Numbered from the stretch's first letter, positions 37,156-47,606 are shown. The stretch is 64,000 bases of DNA from Chthonomonadales bacterium (GCA_049967475.1 JBMFSQ010000010.1:55338-119337); one strand, 5' to 3'. Numbers and translations: made by a program. The notes: a model not told the origin generated them from the sequence alone.

Positions 37156-38187
37156 TCAAAGCTCGAATACCACTTTGCCGCACGATCCGTCCCGCATGAG
37201 AGCCATGGCACGGTCATACTCATCGAAGCAGAGCTTGTGGGTAATCGCCGGTGCGATCACCAGCTTACCGGAAGCCAGCATATGCTTCATAACGGTCCAC
37301 GTTTCATAGAGCCTGCGCCCTACGATGCATCGCACTTCCAACCCCTTGAAGATCATATCTTCTGCCACATCCAGTTCCACATGGCGTGAGGGGATACCCA
37401 TGAGCGACACGCGCCCTCCCCTGCGCGTAATCCGCATGGCCTGTGCGATGGCTACGGGCGCTCCGGACATTTCGAGGGCTACGTCTACCCCCAAACCATC
37501 GGTCTTCCTGTTGATGAACTCCTCGCAGTTCTCTTTGGACGCGTCGCACACGTCTGTAGCTCCCAATCGCCGGGCGAGGTCGAGGCGATATGGCCGCACG
37601 TCCACTGCATAGACGCAAGCGGCCCCGGCTGCCTGAGCCACCGCCACAGCAAAGATACCTATGGGGCCGCAGCCCAACACCGCCACCGTTCGGCCTACGA
37701 TCTCGCCGGCGAGGGTTGCATGCACAGCATTGCCCAGAGGATCCTGGATGCACGCAATCTCCAGAGGCAACCCAGGATCGTTTACCCAAACGCTGGCCGA
37801 AGGCACCACCACGTATTCGGCGAAGCACCCGTCAATGTCCACGCCGAGGATGCGCGTATTGGAGCACACGTGCTTCTGGCCGTTCCTGCACTGGTAGCAA
37901 ATGCCGCAGACCAGATGCGATTCCCCCGACACCAGATCCCCGGGCCGCACCCCTTGTACCTCGGGCCCCACTTCCTCTACCCGCCCAACGAACTCGTGGC
38001 CCATGACGCGCGGAGGCTTTACGCGCTGAGCGGCCCAGGCGTCCCATTCGTAGATGTGGGCATCGGTCCCGCAGATGGAAGTCATCAAGACACGAACAAG
38101 CACATCGTCAGGTCGGCGCACCCTGGGTTCGGGGATCTGTACGAGGGCGGCACCCGGCGTCGCATCCTTCTTGACGATGGCTTTCAT
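37156..38187 (-). CDS. tdh: L-threonine 3-dehydrogenase
   Basis: SICGTD.HIY.WD.WA, GHEF.G, structural Zn CxxCxxC..C, GCGPIG, GRRLYETW; adjacent to kbl. Confidence 0.94.
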   Translation of the reverse strand: MKAIVKKDATPGAALVQIPEPRVRRPDDVLVRVLMTSICGTDAHIYEWDAWAAQRVKPPRVMGHEFVGRVEEVGPEVQGVRPGDLVSGESHLVCGICYQCRNGQKHVCSNTRILGVDIDGCFAEYVVVPSASVWVNDPGLPLEIACIQDPLGNAVHATLAGEIVGRTVAVLGCGPIGIFAVAVAQAAGAACVYAVDVRPYRLDLARRLGATDVCDASKENCEEFINRKTDGLGVDVALEMSGAPVAIAQAMRITRRGGRVSLMGIPSRHVELDVAEDMIFKGLEVRCIVGRRLYETWTVMKHMLASGKLVIAPAITHKLCFDEYDRAMALMRDGSCGKVVFEL

Positions 38188-38364
38188 TCATTCTGCTCCT
38201 TTGCAGTAGAGGCTTTACCCGTGTAGCGGAGGCGTCTCAGCGAAGCCGGTGAACGGAGCGGCGCGTAAGGGCCTGGGTAACCCTGCCCGGCCGCTCGTCC
38301 GTCATCCTCGAAGCACGCGCAAACTCCGCGTACAGTGTACCCTCGCCTGCAATCAACGGGCGGC

Positions 38365-40173
38365 TTATCTTCGTCCGGCCTCCAGCGTGGCCTGGAGGGT
38401 CAATATCCGGCCACCCCGACGCACCGCAACTTCAACGGTGTCGCCTGGTTTGTTTTCGCCCAGGGCCATGGCGAAGTCTTGAATGCTGTGGATCGTTCTC
38501 CCGCCGATCCGCACCAGAATGTCGCCAGCCCGAATGCCCGCCCGCTCCGCAGCACTGCCCGGACGAATTCCGGAAATCATTACCCCATCCACATCGGCGG
38601 AATAGTCGGGGATCGTTCCTAACGACGCGCGCAGCCGAGCCGGTCCCCCTTCCTGAACCGGAGCCGCTATGCGCCGATATTCCGGTCGTGCAGGCAGATC
38701 TGCGATCCTCCAGGCGACTTCGGCTACGTAATCCAGCACAGCCGCTTCTCCAGCATAATTGATCTTGTCCGCCGTGTCCCCAGGGCGATGGTAATCCGAA
38801 TGCAGGCCAGTAAAGAAGAAGAGGACGGGAATGCCTGCCCCGTAGAACGATTGCTGATCGCTTCCTCCGAAGCCGCTCTCGCTGCGGACAATGGTCAGGC
38901 CTCGCGCATCCACGCCGGAAAGAAGGCCGTCCCACTGCGGAGAGGTACCCGAGCCGAGAACAATGAGGCGCTTCTCGCGAAGCCGGCCGATCATATCCAT
39001 GTTGATCATGGCGATGGTATGGTCGAGGGGGATCAGCGGATGGCGCACATAGTAGGAAGACCCGAGCAGTCCCAGTTCTTCCCCGGAGAAGCAAACGAAC
39101 AGGATCGAGCGTTTCGGCCTAACCTGGGCCTTCGCAAAGCGATCCGCCAAAGCAAGCACTCCTGCGGTCCCCGAAGCATTGTCATCGGCACCAGGGTGCA
39201 CAGCAGGCTTGCGGCTCTCTGCGAGGGAGTATGGCCCGCCCATTCCGAGGTGATCCATATGCGCTCCGATTACGACCACCTCGGCGCTGAGGACCGGATC
39301 TCTCCCCGGGAGGAGCCCGGCGATATTCGCCGTAACACGCCTAACCTTGCGCACATCGGTCCTCAGCCGCACGTGGACCGGCAACGGAATGGAATGGGGC
39401 TTTGATCGCGCCTGATCTTCCTCTCGATCCAAATCCAGCCCTCCAGCCTTCATCCATCTCCGCGCTGCAGTGCGGCGAAGCAATAGGACGGGGATCCCCT
39501 CGTCCGATGGAACGGCATCGTTCTGGAAGTGAGGAACGTCGCTGTCGGACGAGGACACCACCAAAACTGCGGCTGCCCCCAAATCCCTGGCAACGGCGGC
39601 CTTCCGCTGTACGGACCCGTAGCCGTAAAGCGGATCATGCGGATCGCGGGCGGGGCTGCCTGCAAGCAGAAGCACCACCTTGCCCTGAACCTGGGCGTCG
39701 CGATAATCGTCCCATTGAGGGTCGGCGGACCGGATGCCGTATCCGGCGAAGAGCACGTCGCCCTCGGCTGCGCGCGAAGCGGAGATAGAAGCAGGCTCGA
39801 AATCCACCCCAGCCCGCAGCCGCTCCGCAACTCCTCCGATCTTCGCCTCAAGAGAATTCCGGCGCCCCGGGGCGCTTCCGGCAACAAAGGTGAACGGCTG
39901 AAAGTAGCCGGTTCCATCCATGGAAGCCGTGGCATCGTGCTGATGGTCGGTTCCTAGAGCCTTGAGCCCCGCACGCCGAAAGCACTGCGCGATGAATGCC
40001 GCCGCCCGGTCATTCCCTGCCGTTCCGGAGGCCCGCCCGGCCAACCGCTGCGAGGCGAGAAACTCGATGCGGTGTTGCAAAACCGCCAGTTCATGCGTAC
40101 CCTGCCCGATTGCCGGGGATGCGCCGATTAAGACGGCGAGCATTCCTGCGGATAACGCCCTTTGCAACGACAC
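38365..40173 (-). CDS. secreted M28 family peptidase with PA and PDZ domains
   Basis: GAHMDHLG, GADDNASG, FSGEE.GLLGS, NMDMIG, SDQ, DYH; C-terminal LGTIPDY PDZ; start approximate. Confidence 0.9.
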   Translation of the reverse strand: MSLQRALSAGMLAVLIGASPAIGQGTHELAVLQHRIEFLASQRLAGRASGTAGNDRAAAFIAQCFRRAGLKALGTDHQHDATASMDGTGYFQPFTFVAGSAPGRRNSLEAKIGGVAERLRAGVDFEPASISASRAAEGDVLFAGYGIRSADPQWDDYRDAQVQGKVVLLLAGSPARDPHDPLYGYGSVQRKAAVARDLGAAAVLVVSSSDSDVPHFQNDAVPSDEGIPVLLLRRTAARRWMKAGGLDLDREEDQARSKPHSIPLPVHVRLRTDVRKVRRVTANIAGLLPGRDPVLSAEVVVIGAHMDHLGMGGPYSLAESRKPAVHPGADDNASGTAGVLALADRFAKAQVRPKRSILFVCFSGEELGLLGSSYYVRHPLIPLDHTIAMINMDMIGRLREKRLIVLGSGTSPQWDGLLSGVDARGLTIVRSESGFGGSDQQSFYGAGIPVLFFFTGLHSDYHRPGDTADKINYAGEAAVLDYVAEVAWRIADLPARPEYRRIAAPVQEGGPARLRASLGTIPDYSADVDGVMISGIRPGSAAERAGIRAGDILVRIGGRTIHSIQDFAMALGENKPGDTVEVAVRRGGRILTLQATLEAGRR

Positions 40174-40304
40174 GGGTGCCCATTCCTTCCTTAAGGAGGC
40201 GCTGCAATCACGAAACACTCCGGAGCGAGGGCCGCAGACACGGCAGAATCCTTCCTGCGATCCACGAAGCACAAGAGAACCTCTGCGCGAGTGCGCCACA
40301 CGCA

Positions 40305-41612
40305 TCAAGGTGTAACACGCATCCCGCCTGTGTAGATCCAGGCCCGGTCCTCGCCTCCAACAGAAAGCCATGCTTCTACGCGGTAGAGGCCCGCTTCACG
40401 AAGAGGCACGGACAAGTGCCTTCCTTTCTGCTCCGTCACGACCTGACCGTTTCGGATCAGCCGCAATGTACATGAAACCGGAACCTCCACCTCCAAGAGC
40501 GGGCGCTCTTTGGCAGACACTGTGTCGCCCACGGTGCCCGTACGCCCGCCGGATCGCAACAGAAAGGCGGATCCGCTGGGATCGGCGATCCAATCGAATG
40601 CCACATACGTCCGCCCGTGGCGCAGCGCTTCCTGCAGCGAGGCTTGCGTGCATTCCTGAGCCAAAACATGGGTGCTCACGTAATGGAAGCTCACTTCGTA
40701 GGGATCCAAGATGCGCTCCAAGAGTATTTTGCCCGGTTCGGGCTCGCCGATTACCGGGGCGAGCTTGGCCGCCTGCTCCGCAGAAAGCCGGCCCAGCAGT
40801 TCGCCGAGGGGGTTTCGAACCTCGATGCCGCCGTCGTCTGCGCCCTTCAAGATGAAGCCGACGTTTTGGTGTGCATCGTTGGCCGCGATGGCTGCGAAGG
40901 GGCCCTTCGACACCATCGCGTCGTAGCGCGCCAGGTTCTCAGACGGCGGGTCAAAAATCGCACCAAAGGCTTCCTGAGGATACCGGTAGAAGGCATCCAA
41001 TAGTAGGAAGAGGCGCATCATGGCTGCCGCATCCGCCGGATTTAGAGACGCGATGAGGCCGGCTTCGTCCAGGAAATCGGCATGGGTATTGTAGATCTCC
41101 ATCCCGGTAAGGCGAGAAAGTGTCCAATCCGTATGTTCCTCCGGATGGGCTACAAAAACCATGCCCCCAGTTTTTTGGACCGCGTCTACCAGAGCCTGGT
41201 CGCTTGTATCCAGGGGAGGAAGCTTACCATCCCCGGGGAAGAGGAGAAACCCATTCGCCTCTGCGCCGGCCACGAAAAGCACCCCATCCACAACCCCCCG
41301 CTGCCCCGCCGCCACCACATCGAGATCCTTGCGCGGATGGTTTGTGAGGAAAACGGCCGCTACGCCTGCCTGTTTAGCCGCTGCAGCAATCTCGGCAATG
41401 CTGCCCCTGCTGTCATGAGATAGGTACGAATGGGCGTGGAGGACGCATCGAAAATCCCGGTAGCCGGCCTTAAGGGACACGCCCGCACGTTCCTGCGCGT
41501 ACCGCGCCACGTCGTCGCGAACGCGCTGCAACCGTTCCGGCTCTAGGCGCACAAGAGTGGGGACGCGTTCAATTGGGTTCCCCGCAACCCAGGATGGGGC
41601 CAAAAATGCCAT
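40305..41612 (-). CDS. PHP-domain metallohydrolase (CehA/McbA-like)
   Basis: LHAHS..SHDS, LTNH, AHP, EIYN, ANDAH; start could lie up to 54 nt upstream. Confidence 0.75.
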   Translation of the reverse strand: MAFLAPSWVAGNPIERVPTLVRLEPERLQRVRDDVARYAQERAGVSLKAGYRDFRCVLHAHSYLSHDSRGSIAEIAAAAKQAGVAAVFLTNHPRKDLDVVAAGQRGVVDGVLFVAGAEANGFLLFPGDGKLPPLDTSDQALVDAVQKTGGMVFVAHPEEHTDWTLSRLTGMEIYNTHADFLDEAGLIASLNPADAAAMMRLFLLLDAFYRYPQEAFGAIFDPPSENLARYDAMVSKGPFAAIAANDAHQNVGFILKGADDGGIEVRNPLGELLGRLSAEQAAKLAPVIGEPEPGKILLERILDPYEVSFHYVSTHVLAQECTQASLQEALRHGRTYVAFDWIADPSGSAFLLRSGGRTGTVGDTVSAKERPLLEVEVPVSCTLRLIRNGQVVTEQKGRHLSVPLREAGLYRVEAWLSVGGEDRAWIYTGGMRVTP

Positions 41613-41796
41613 AATATAAACCTCCGCTAGATACAACAATCGAGCCGCCCTGCCGCCCGCTACCATCCGATCTTAAATCCCCGTGGCGTCCAGGCATATC
41701 CTCCGCGGAAGCCGGAGTGAACATGCTGTGCGAAGCGGCCTCCCCAATTACGGCGTGTCCTTCCCAAGGCACCCCTCCTATCTTTGTGGAGGTCCG

Positions 41797-44196
41797 TCAC
41801 TTGGCCTGCATATCGTAAACCAAGGTTGGTGCCGCCAGATACAGGGTGCCCCCCGTCTCCTGGCCGCGCGCGCTATCCACGAGAAACAGCGTGTCGAAAT
41901 GGATTGGGTAATGAATTACGCCATCATCCGCTCCACCCCAGTGGCCACCTGTACTGCCTTGGAGCGGGAAGCTGAGGAGCTTCCACCCTTTGAAATTGAT
42001 TGCTCCGCCGTCCGGCTGAAACGTCTGCCCGCTGGCATCGGTGAAGCGCAGCCGCGCAAGGTTCCCGGAACCGTCCCCGTAGACCCAAAGGAGCAAAGCC
42101 AACGGCTGCCCCGAAATCTGGCGCACCGCGTCCGTTTGCGGTGCCAGGCGCGCGAACTTCCAGCCGGCCGCGAACCGATAGGTGATTCGCACAGCTCCAA
42201 AACCTGGCCCCAGGCCGGAAGGCGGAGTAGTGACGACCAGCTCGAGTTCGGAAGCAACCTTGGCATCTCCGTCTGCCACAAGGCGGTAGGCGAAGGGAGC
42301 CGCGCCGGAGGGGTAGCGGCTGAAATCGTCTACGAGCCGATATCGCCGCTGTGGGAGCGTGAGCACGGGATGGAGAGCCACATCGGCGATGACGACGCCT
42401 GCGGAATACTCCGTCCTCGTTTGGGTAACCGCTATCGGAACAACCAACCGCGTGGTGCCCGCGTGAAGGCGGATGGGCGTAACCCGAGAGGCCGGTCGAA
42501 AACCCGACGGATCCACGACGCGCAGAGCTCCGTTGAACGGTTCGCCGATAGGGTTGAGCAGGGTAACCGGCCAAACATCTTTCGACATCGGGCTTGCTTC
42601 AACCACAAGCGGGTTCGACGCAACGAGAACCACCTGCTGGGCGATCCGACCGCCCAGGCCGGGGAGGATCACCTCCACCCGCACCGGAACCGGCTCGGCG
42701 GAGCGCTCCATCGGCAACCGCAATCGAACCGGAACAGACGCGCCCGGGAGGAGCGTCGTATCCAATGCGAAGGTACCCGCGGCTCCATGGCCGTTCCGCA
42801 CGAGAACCCTTAACGTGCGGTTGAGCGGGTTCCTTAGGATCAGCGACACTTCCACCTCACCGCCTGCACGGACCAGCGTTTCCATGGGGGCGCTCTCCCA
42901 CGCCGCGGCTACGCTCAAAAGATCGTTGGGCTGCGATGGAATGGCGTACACCGGATCCTCCGTTGCGTCCAACGTCAGCACGCCGGAAGAAGCCTGGGCA
43001 AAGCCGTGAACACCACCCGTGGAGTTGATCAACCTGAACGTTCCATCGCTAGCTGGGATCCGGATAGGGTGCTTTTGACCTGAGGTGGTCCATACCACAA
43101 GCCGAACATCGCTCCCTCGGCTAAAGAGCAATGCATAATCATCCGGATGGCCTACATCCAACCGTTTGTTGAACACGAACCCGGCAAGAGTGGACGTGAG
43201 GGTTTCGGCAGCGCGATAAGCCGGTTTGGGCTCATAAACTGGCTGCTCCCCTTCGCGGTAAGGATACCGCACCGTTCCAAAGTGGTGCTCCGGCTCCCGC
43301 GGGTCCGGCCCGTCGTCATGCCAATCGTACCAGATGGACACCGGGATGCGGTTCATGAGGTTCGTGAGCCACTGCCGGGCGAGCATGCGGCCTTGGGTAG
43401 CCTCGTCCATCCCGCGCCAAACCGAGGAATAGCCCCACTCGCCGGAAAGGATGGGAATGGCCTTCCCTTTGGGTGCGTATTTGGCGATCAAAAGGCGCAG
43501 GCGCCGGTAATCGGGCGACACCGTCTCGGGAGGCTGACCCCGGTACGGATGGACGGACACTGCATCCCAGTACTTGAGTAAACCGGCCTTGAAGCATGCC
43601 TCCAGAAAGCCGAAGTCCATTCCCGAGGTTGCGGGCCCGATGTACGCTTCACCGGGAGCCGCAGCACGGATAGCTTTCCCCACTTCCAGGGCGAGGCTGA
43701 TGTATTCCTGCACGTTAGGCTTCGGCCGCCAGAAGCCTATGTTGGGCTCATTGTACATCTCCCACAGGATGCCCTGACCGCGGAAGTGCCTGGCCGCTGC
43801 CGCCGCCCAGCGCGCCATGGCGGCGCGACCTTCCTCCGTATGGGGTGAGAGGCCGCCGTCATAATGGCGGTTGCTGTAATCCAGAATGAACAGCGCGTGG
43901 ATGCCATAGGGCCTCAGAGCCGCCATCAGGCGGTCGTAAGCGCTGAAATCATATCTCCCCTTCTCGCGCTCCGTTCCCTCCCAACTGAAATCCATGCGCA
44001 CCCAGCGGAAGCCTGCGGAAGCCAACTCCTGCATTTCCCCCGGCCTGGGATCTGTGAAGTGAATATTCACTCCCAGGTTCTGCGGGATCACGGCTCCCCA
44101 TCGAGGCGAGGAGGGCGCGCTCCAGCCGGCAGCGCTTGTCAGCAGGCAGCCGATCATCAATAGGGCGTATCGCACCCACGGAACTCCGGGTTCCAT
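41797..44196 (-). CDS. secreted clan GH-A glycoside hydrolase (GH5/GH39-like) with C-terminal carbohydrate-binding-like domain
   Basis: Signal peptide; GVNIHF, WVRMDF.W, YNEPN (acid/base), SVHPY, SGEWG (nucleophile); C-terminal FKGWK module. Confidence 0.82.
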   Translation of the reverse strand: MEPGVPWVRYALLMIGCLLTSAAGWSAPSSPRWGAVIPQNLGVNIHFTDPRPGEMQELASAGFRWVRMDFSWEGTEREKGRYDFSAYDRLMAALRPYGIHALFILDYSNRHYDGGLSPHTEEGRAAMARWAAAAARHFRGQGILWEMYNEPNIGFWRPKPNVQEYISLALEVGKAIRAAAPGEAYIGPATSGMDFGFLEACFKAGLLKYWDAVSVHPYRGQPPETVSPDYRRLRLLIAKYAPKGKAIPILSGEWGYSSVWRGMDEATQGRMLARQWLTNLMNRIPVSIWYDWHDDGPDPREPEHHFGTVRYPYREGEQPVYEPKPAYRAAETLTSTLAGFVFNKRLDVGHPDDYALLFSRGSDVRLVVWTTSGQKHPIRIPASDGTFRLINSTGGVHGFAQASSGVLTLDATEDPVYAIPSQPNDLLSVAAAWESAPMETLVRAGGEVEVSLILRNPLNRTLRVLVRNGHGAAGTFALDTTLLPGASVPVRLRLPMERSAEPVPVRVEVILPGLGGRIAQQVVLVASNPLVVEASPMSKDVWPVTLLNPIGEPFNGALRVVDPSGFRPASRVTPIRLHAGTTRLVVPIAVTQTRTEYSAGVVIADVALHPVLTLPQRRYRLVDDFSRYPSGAAPFAYRLVADGDAKVASELELVVTTPPSGLGPGFGAVRITYRFAAGWKFARLAPQTDAVRQISGQPLALLLWVYGDGSGNLARLRFTDASGQTFQPDGGAINFKGWKLLSFPLQGSTGGHWGGADDGVIHYPIHFDTLFLVDSARGQETGGTLYLAAPTLVYDMQAK

Positions 44197-44255
44197 TGCA
44201 GATCCCTCCGTACAGATCTGAAACCGCAAATACTGTGTTGCACGCCGGCGAGTGG

Positions 44256-44295
44256 CCCCCCCACCCCGGCCCTCCCCCGCGGGCTGGGAGGGAGG
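44256..44295. repeat. REP-like C-rich/G-rich palindromic element
   Basis: CCCCCCACCCCGGCCCTCCCCCGCGGGCTGGGAGGGAGG in the glnD-GH intergenic region; single clear copy in window. Confidence 0.4.
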
Positions 44296-44336
44296 ATCGA
44301 GTGGCGAGTGGCGCGCTCCGGCCAAGGCATCGTCCG

Positions 44337-47039
44337 TCAGGATGACACGGGCATCAGCCGGGCAAGCTGAGAACGAGCGTCTGCGTCCGTTAAGTGCTTG
44401 GCGCCTGTTACGTAGAAGCTTGCCACAGACCGGCCTCGAAAGTGGGAAAGTTTGGCGCTGTGGATGTCCCACCCAAGCATGGAAAGTGCACCGGTGACAC
44501 GGTAAAGCATCGCGCGCTCCTCTCTGGAGGATACCTCAACAACCGTGAAGGTGTCCGAAAGGTCGTTCCGAACAGCAAGGTTCTCGACTGGGCCTCCCAC
44601 TTCGGGAGACTTATTACGCTTCTGAAGGAGATCGGCAACACTCGTTCGGCCGTTCAGCACGGCGGGCAAATTCGTGGCCAGCTCACGGCGCTTTCCCGGG
44701 GTTAGCCGCCGGCCCCGAAAGTCCACGTACAGGCGGTCTATGGCGATGCGCTCCGGTTCGCCGTCGTTTGCAGCCGACACCCGCGTGAAGACCTGTGCCG
44801 CATGCACATCCAAATCTGCGGCATAGAGGACACCTGCAATCTTGGAAAGGAGGCCGGGTTCGGGATCATCTCGAGTGCAGACAGTCACCTCGGTATAGGT
44901 TCCATTCCGTTCATCCTGGAACTCCACAACCGTCTCGCCCGCCTGTACCCTCCGAACAAATCCGATATGGAGCGCAATCTCGGCGAGACTGGTATTGAGG
45001 ATATACGGCGCAGGCATCGAGGCTACGTGCAGGGCTACTTCGGCAGGATCTAGGTTCTCCACAGAGAGTTCTCGCAGCAGGCGGCGGCGCGTACGGGTAA
45101 GCTCCGCATCGTCGGCCGCCTCTTCTTCGCTAGACAGGAAGCGCTCCGCCCTGTGCGCCAGGTCCATAAGAAAGCGGGCTTTTACCTGCGTCCACACGCC
45201 GGCGCCCACGGCACTCGTGTCCGCATAGGTCAGCAAATACAGCATGTGGAGGCGATCCAGATCATTCACCACGGTGGTGAAGTCCCGGATGGTTTCATCG
45301 AGATTCAGGTCCCGCAGGCGCGATGTCTCGGCCATGAGGAGATGGTGCCGCACCAAGAAGACCACATTCTCCGTAGCTGCGGGATCCCATCCCAAGCGGC
45401 GGCATACCGCTTCTGCGATCTCGGCGCCCGTGTCGGAGTGCGGCCGGTCATCCCGACACTTTCCCACATCGTGAAGCAAAAGGGCCAAATAAAGCTGTTC
45501 CGGATGAGGAAGTTCGGCCAGTAGGCGGCGGAGCTCACTCGTCTCCTCGGGACCCGTGGCCGCGCGAAGGGCATCCAGGAAGCGCACGGCGTAAAGGGTA
45601 TGCTGGCCCACCGTGTAATCGTGGGATGGATCGTAGGGGATCATGTTGAGCACCGCGCCGAATTCGGGCAGCATCCATCCCAAAATGCCCAACTCCGCCA
45701 TCTGCTGAAGAGTGGCCCAACATCCGTTGCGCGAGGCCAGGATGCGTGTGAAGATGGCGCCGAGCTCTTTAGGATGCTTCGTCCGGGTATCGCCGGCCAG
45801 CACGCGGGCGATCTCGCGCTGCAGTTGGTGGCTCATGCGCAGGCGGTAGCGCTGGGCCAGTTCGCACGCCCAAAGCATCCAAACCGGATCCTCCGTGGTA
45901 AGGACCGATCCGGCCGGTTCGATGCATCGGCCTGCGCAATCCAAGCCGATCCCCAGAAACATCCGGGCGTTTTCTGCTTGCTCCATCACGGCGCCTGCAA
46001 TCCGACTGATGGCGCTCGCGTGAACATACAGATCCGCCATGAAGCGCTCCACAGGCGGAGGTTCTTGCGGCGCGGGGTGGCCGCTTCCTTCCTCCGAGGC
46101 CGCGTAACCGATGCATCGGGCCACTTCTTCCTGCCGTGTCACCACGAGCTGCTCGCGGGCAGCCCCAGCGCAAACATGGAGCGCATTGCGCGTGCGAATC
46201 AAGAACTCCTTCGCCGCCTTGAGTTGTGCGCATTCCTCTGAGGTGAGCCCGGCATAGCGCTCGAGAACCTCCCACACCCGGTCGCCCCGAACACGCGCCG
46301 CAGGGAGGTTGTGGATCGCCTGCGTCAACCACACGGCGGTTTGCAGATCCCTCAGGCCGCCCGGTCCGTTCTTCAGATCCGGTTCCACCATGCGGGGAGT
46401 AGGGGTGAAGACGTCGGATGCCGAACCCGGCGGAACCGTCTTGGCGCATTGCGCCCGCCGCTCATCCAGCTTTGTGAAAACGAAATCTGCAGGATTGAAG
46501 TGGGACCAGTAGGCGTGCTCGAGCTGGATGAAGATGCGCGGATTGCCCGCGATCAGCCGAGCGTCCAAGAGCCCCGATGCGGTCTGATGATCCAGATTGT
46601 CACAATCCTCCATCAGCCTGTAGGCATACCCCACTTCCATGCCGGCGGCGTCCATGAATACGCGCATCACCATGGTGAACATCTCTTTGATGATGCGCTC
46701 TGCCCGCGTGTCGCCATCCCGCGCAGGAACAAACGTGAGGTCAATATCCGAATGTGGAGACAGCTCGCGCCGGCCATATCCCCCCGTGGCCACGATAGCG
46801 ATGGGGGCGCCGTCCGTCGCGAGCCCGGGATGGATGCGCCCGCAGGCAATTTCGAGCATCCGAGCAATGACGCCGTCTACGAGGTCGCTGTAGCGCCGGG
46901 CGACTGCCAGGCCTTCCACGCCGCACCGCACACTTTGGGCTAAACTGTTCCGGTGGTGCTGGAGGTAGCCAATGAGGCCGTCGAGGCCTGTAACCGTGGC
47001 GAGGGAAGGGGCGTTCGGAGCGGCAGGTTGCGTGTCCAT
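44337..47039 (-). CDS. glnD: [protein-PII] uridylyltransferase / uridylyl-removing enzyme
   Basis: GGYGRRELSPHSDID, EPDLKNGPGGLRD, HD motif LLHDVGK, two C-terminal ACT domains. Confidence 0.9.
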   Translation of the reverse strand: MDTQPAAPNAPSLATVTGLDGLIGYLQHHRNSLAQSVRCGVEGLAVARRYSDLVDGVIARMLEIACGRIHPGLATDGAPIAIVATGGYGRRELSPHSDIDLTFVPARDGDTRAERIIKEMFTMVMRVFMDAAGMEVGYAYRLMEDCDNLDHQTASGLLDARLIAGNPRIFIQLEHAYWSHFNPADFVFTKLDERRAQCAKTVPPGSASDVFTPTPRMVEPDLKNGPGGLRDLQTAVWLTQAIHNLPAARVRGDRVWEVLERYAGLTSEECAQLKAAKEFLIRTRNALHVCAGAAREQLVVTRQEEVARCIGYAASEEGSGHPAPQEPPPVERFMADLYVHASAISRIAGAVMEQAENARMFLGIGLDCAGRCIEPAGSVLTTEDPVWMLWACELAQRYRLRMSHQLQREIARVLAGDTRTKHPKELGAIFTRILASRNGCWATLQQMAELGILGWMLPEFGAVLNMIPYDPSHDYTVGQHTLYAVRFLDALRAATGPEETSELRRLLAELPHPEQLYLALLLHDVGKCRDDRPHSDTGAEIAEAVCRRLGWDPAATENVVFLVRHHLLMAETSRLRDLNLDETIRDFTTVVNDLDRLHMLYLLTYADTSAVGAGVWTQVKARFLMDLAHRAERFLSSEEEAADDAELTRTRRRLLRELSVENLDPAEVALHVASMPAPYILNTSLAEIALHIGFVRRVQAGETVVEFQDERNGTYTEVTVCTRDDPEPGLLSKIAGVLYAADLDVHAAQVFTRVSAANDGEPERIAIDRLYVDFRGRRLTPGKRRELATNLPAVLNGRTSVADLLQKRNKSPEVGGPVENLAVRNDLSDTFTVVEVSSREERAMLYRVTGALSMLGWDIHSAKLSHFRGRSVASFYVTGAKHLTDADARSQLARLMPVSS

Positions 47040-47150
47040 CAGCCGTATTTTAGCCTGTAGCACACCGGCGATGCAATGTGACGCCGTCCGCGGGCATCAG
47101 TGAGACCACGATGCGTTTCCTGCGGTGCGCCCAAATGCACCGTCTCCGCA

Positions 47151-47179
47151 TTGACTGCATCGGAATATAGGCATATAAT
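47151..47179 (+). promoter_or_regulatory. sigma70 promoter of ArsR gene
   Basis: TTGACT(47151-56)-N17-TATAAT(47174-79). Confidence 0.75.
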
Positions 47180-47210
47180 ATATAAGGCGCGTGGAAGGGA
47201 TCGGCACAGA

Positions 47211-47606
47211 ATGGCTAGCGTCACACAAGAACCCTTCATCGCTATGGAGCGCCTCGAACGGGTTGCTCCCGTCATCCGGGCAGCGGCTCATCCGTTGCGC
47301 CTCAGGATCTTGGATTATCTGGAACACGCAGGCGAGCCGCGGACCGTGTCCGAGATTATCGAGGCTACCGGCGTAGCGCAGGCGGTCGTAAGCCAACAGC
47401 TCAGGATCCTCAAAGATCAGGGCATCCTGTACTGCCGCCGCATCAAGAACCACGTTTACTACGGCATCGCCAATCCCAGCGTGCTTCATCTGCTGGAGTG
47501 CATCCGCACGCATGATGATTGCGGCGACCCGTTCTACCTTCACCAGAATACCGCGACGGTAATGGAGCCAGGCATGGCGCCGGCCCCGAAACCTGAACAC
47601 TCCTAG
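47211..47606 (+). CDS. ArsR/SmtB family transcriptional regulator
   Basis: AHPLRLRIL, TVSEI, QAVVSQQLRILK..GI, VYY. Confidence 0.9.
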   Translation: MASVTQEPFIAMERLERVAPVIRAAAHPLRLRILDYLEHAGEPRTVSEIIEATGVAQAVVSQQLRILKDQGILYCRRIKNHVYYGIANPSVLHLLECIRTHDDCGDPFYLHQNTATVMEPGMAPAPKPEHS

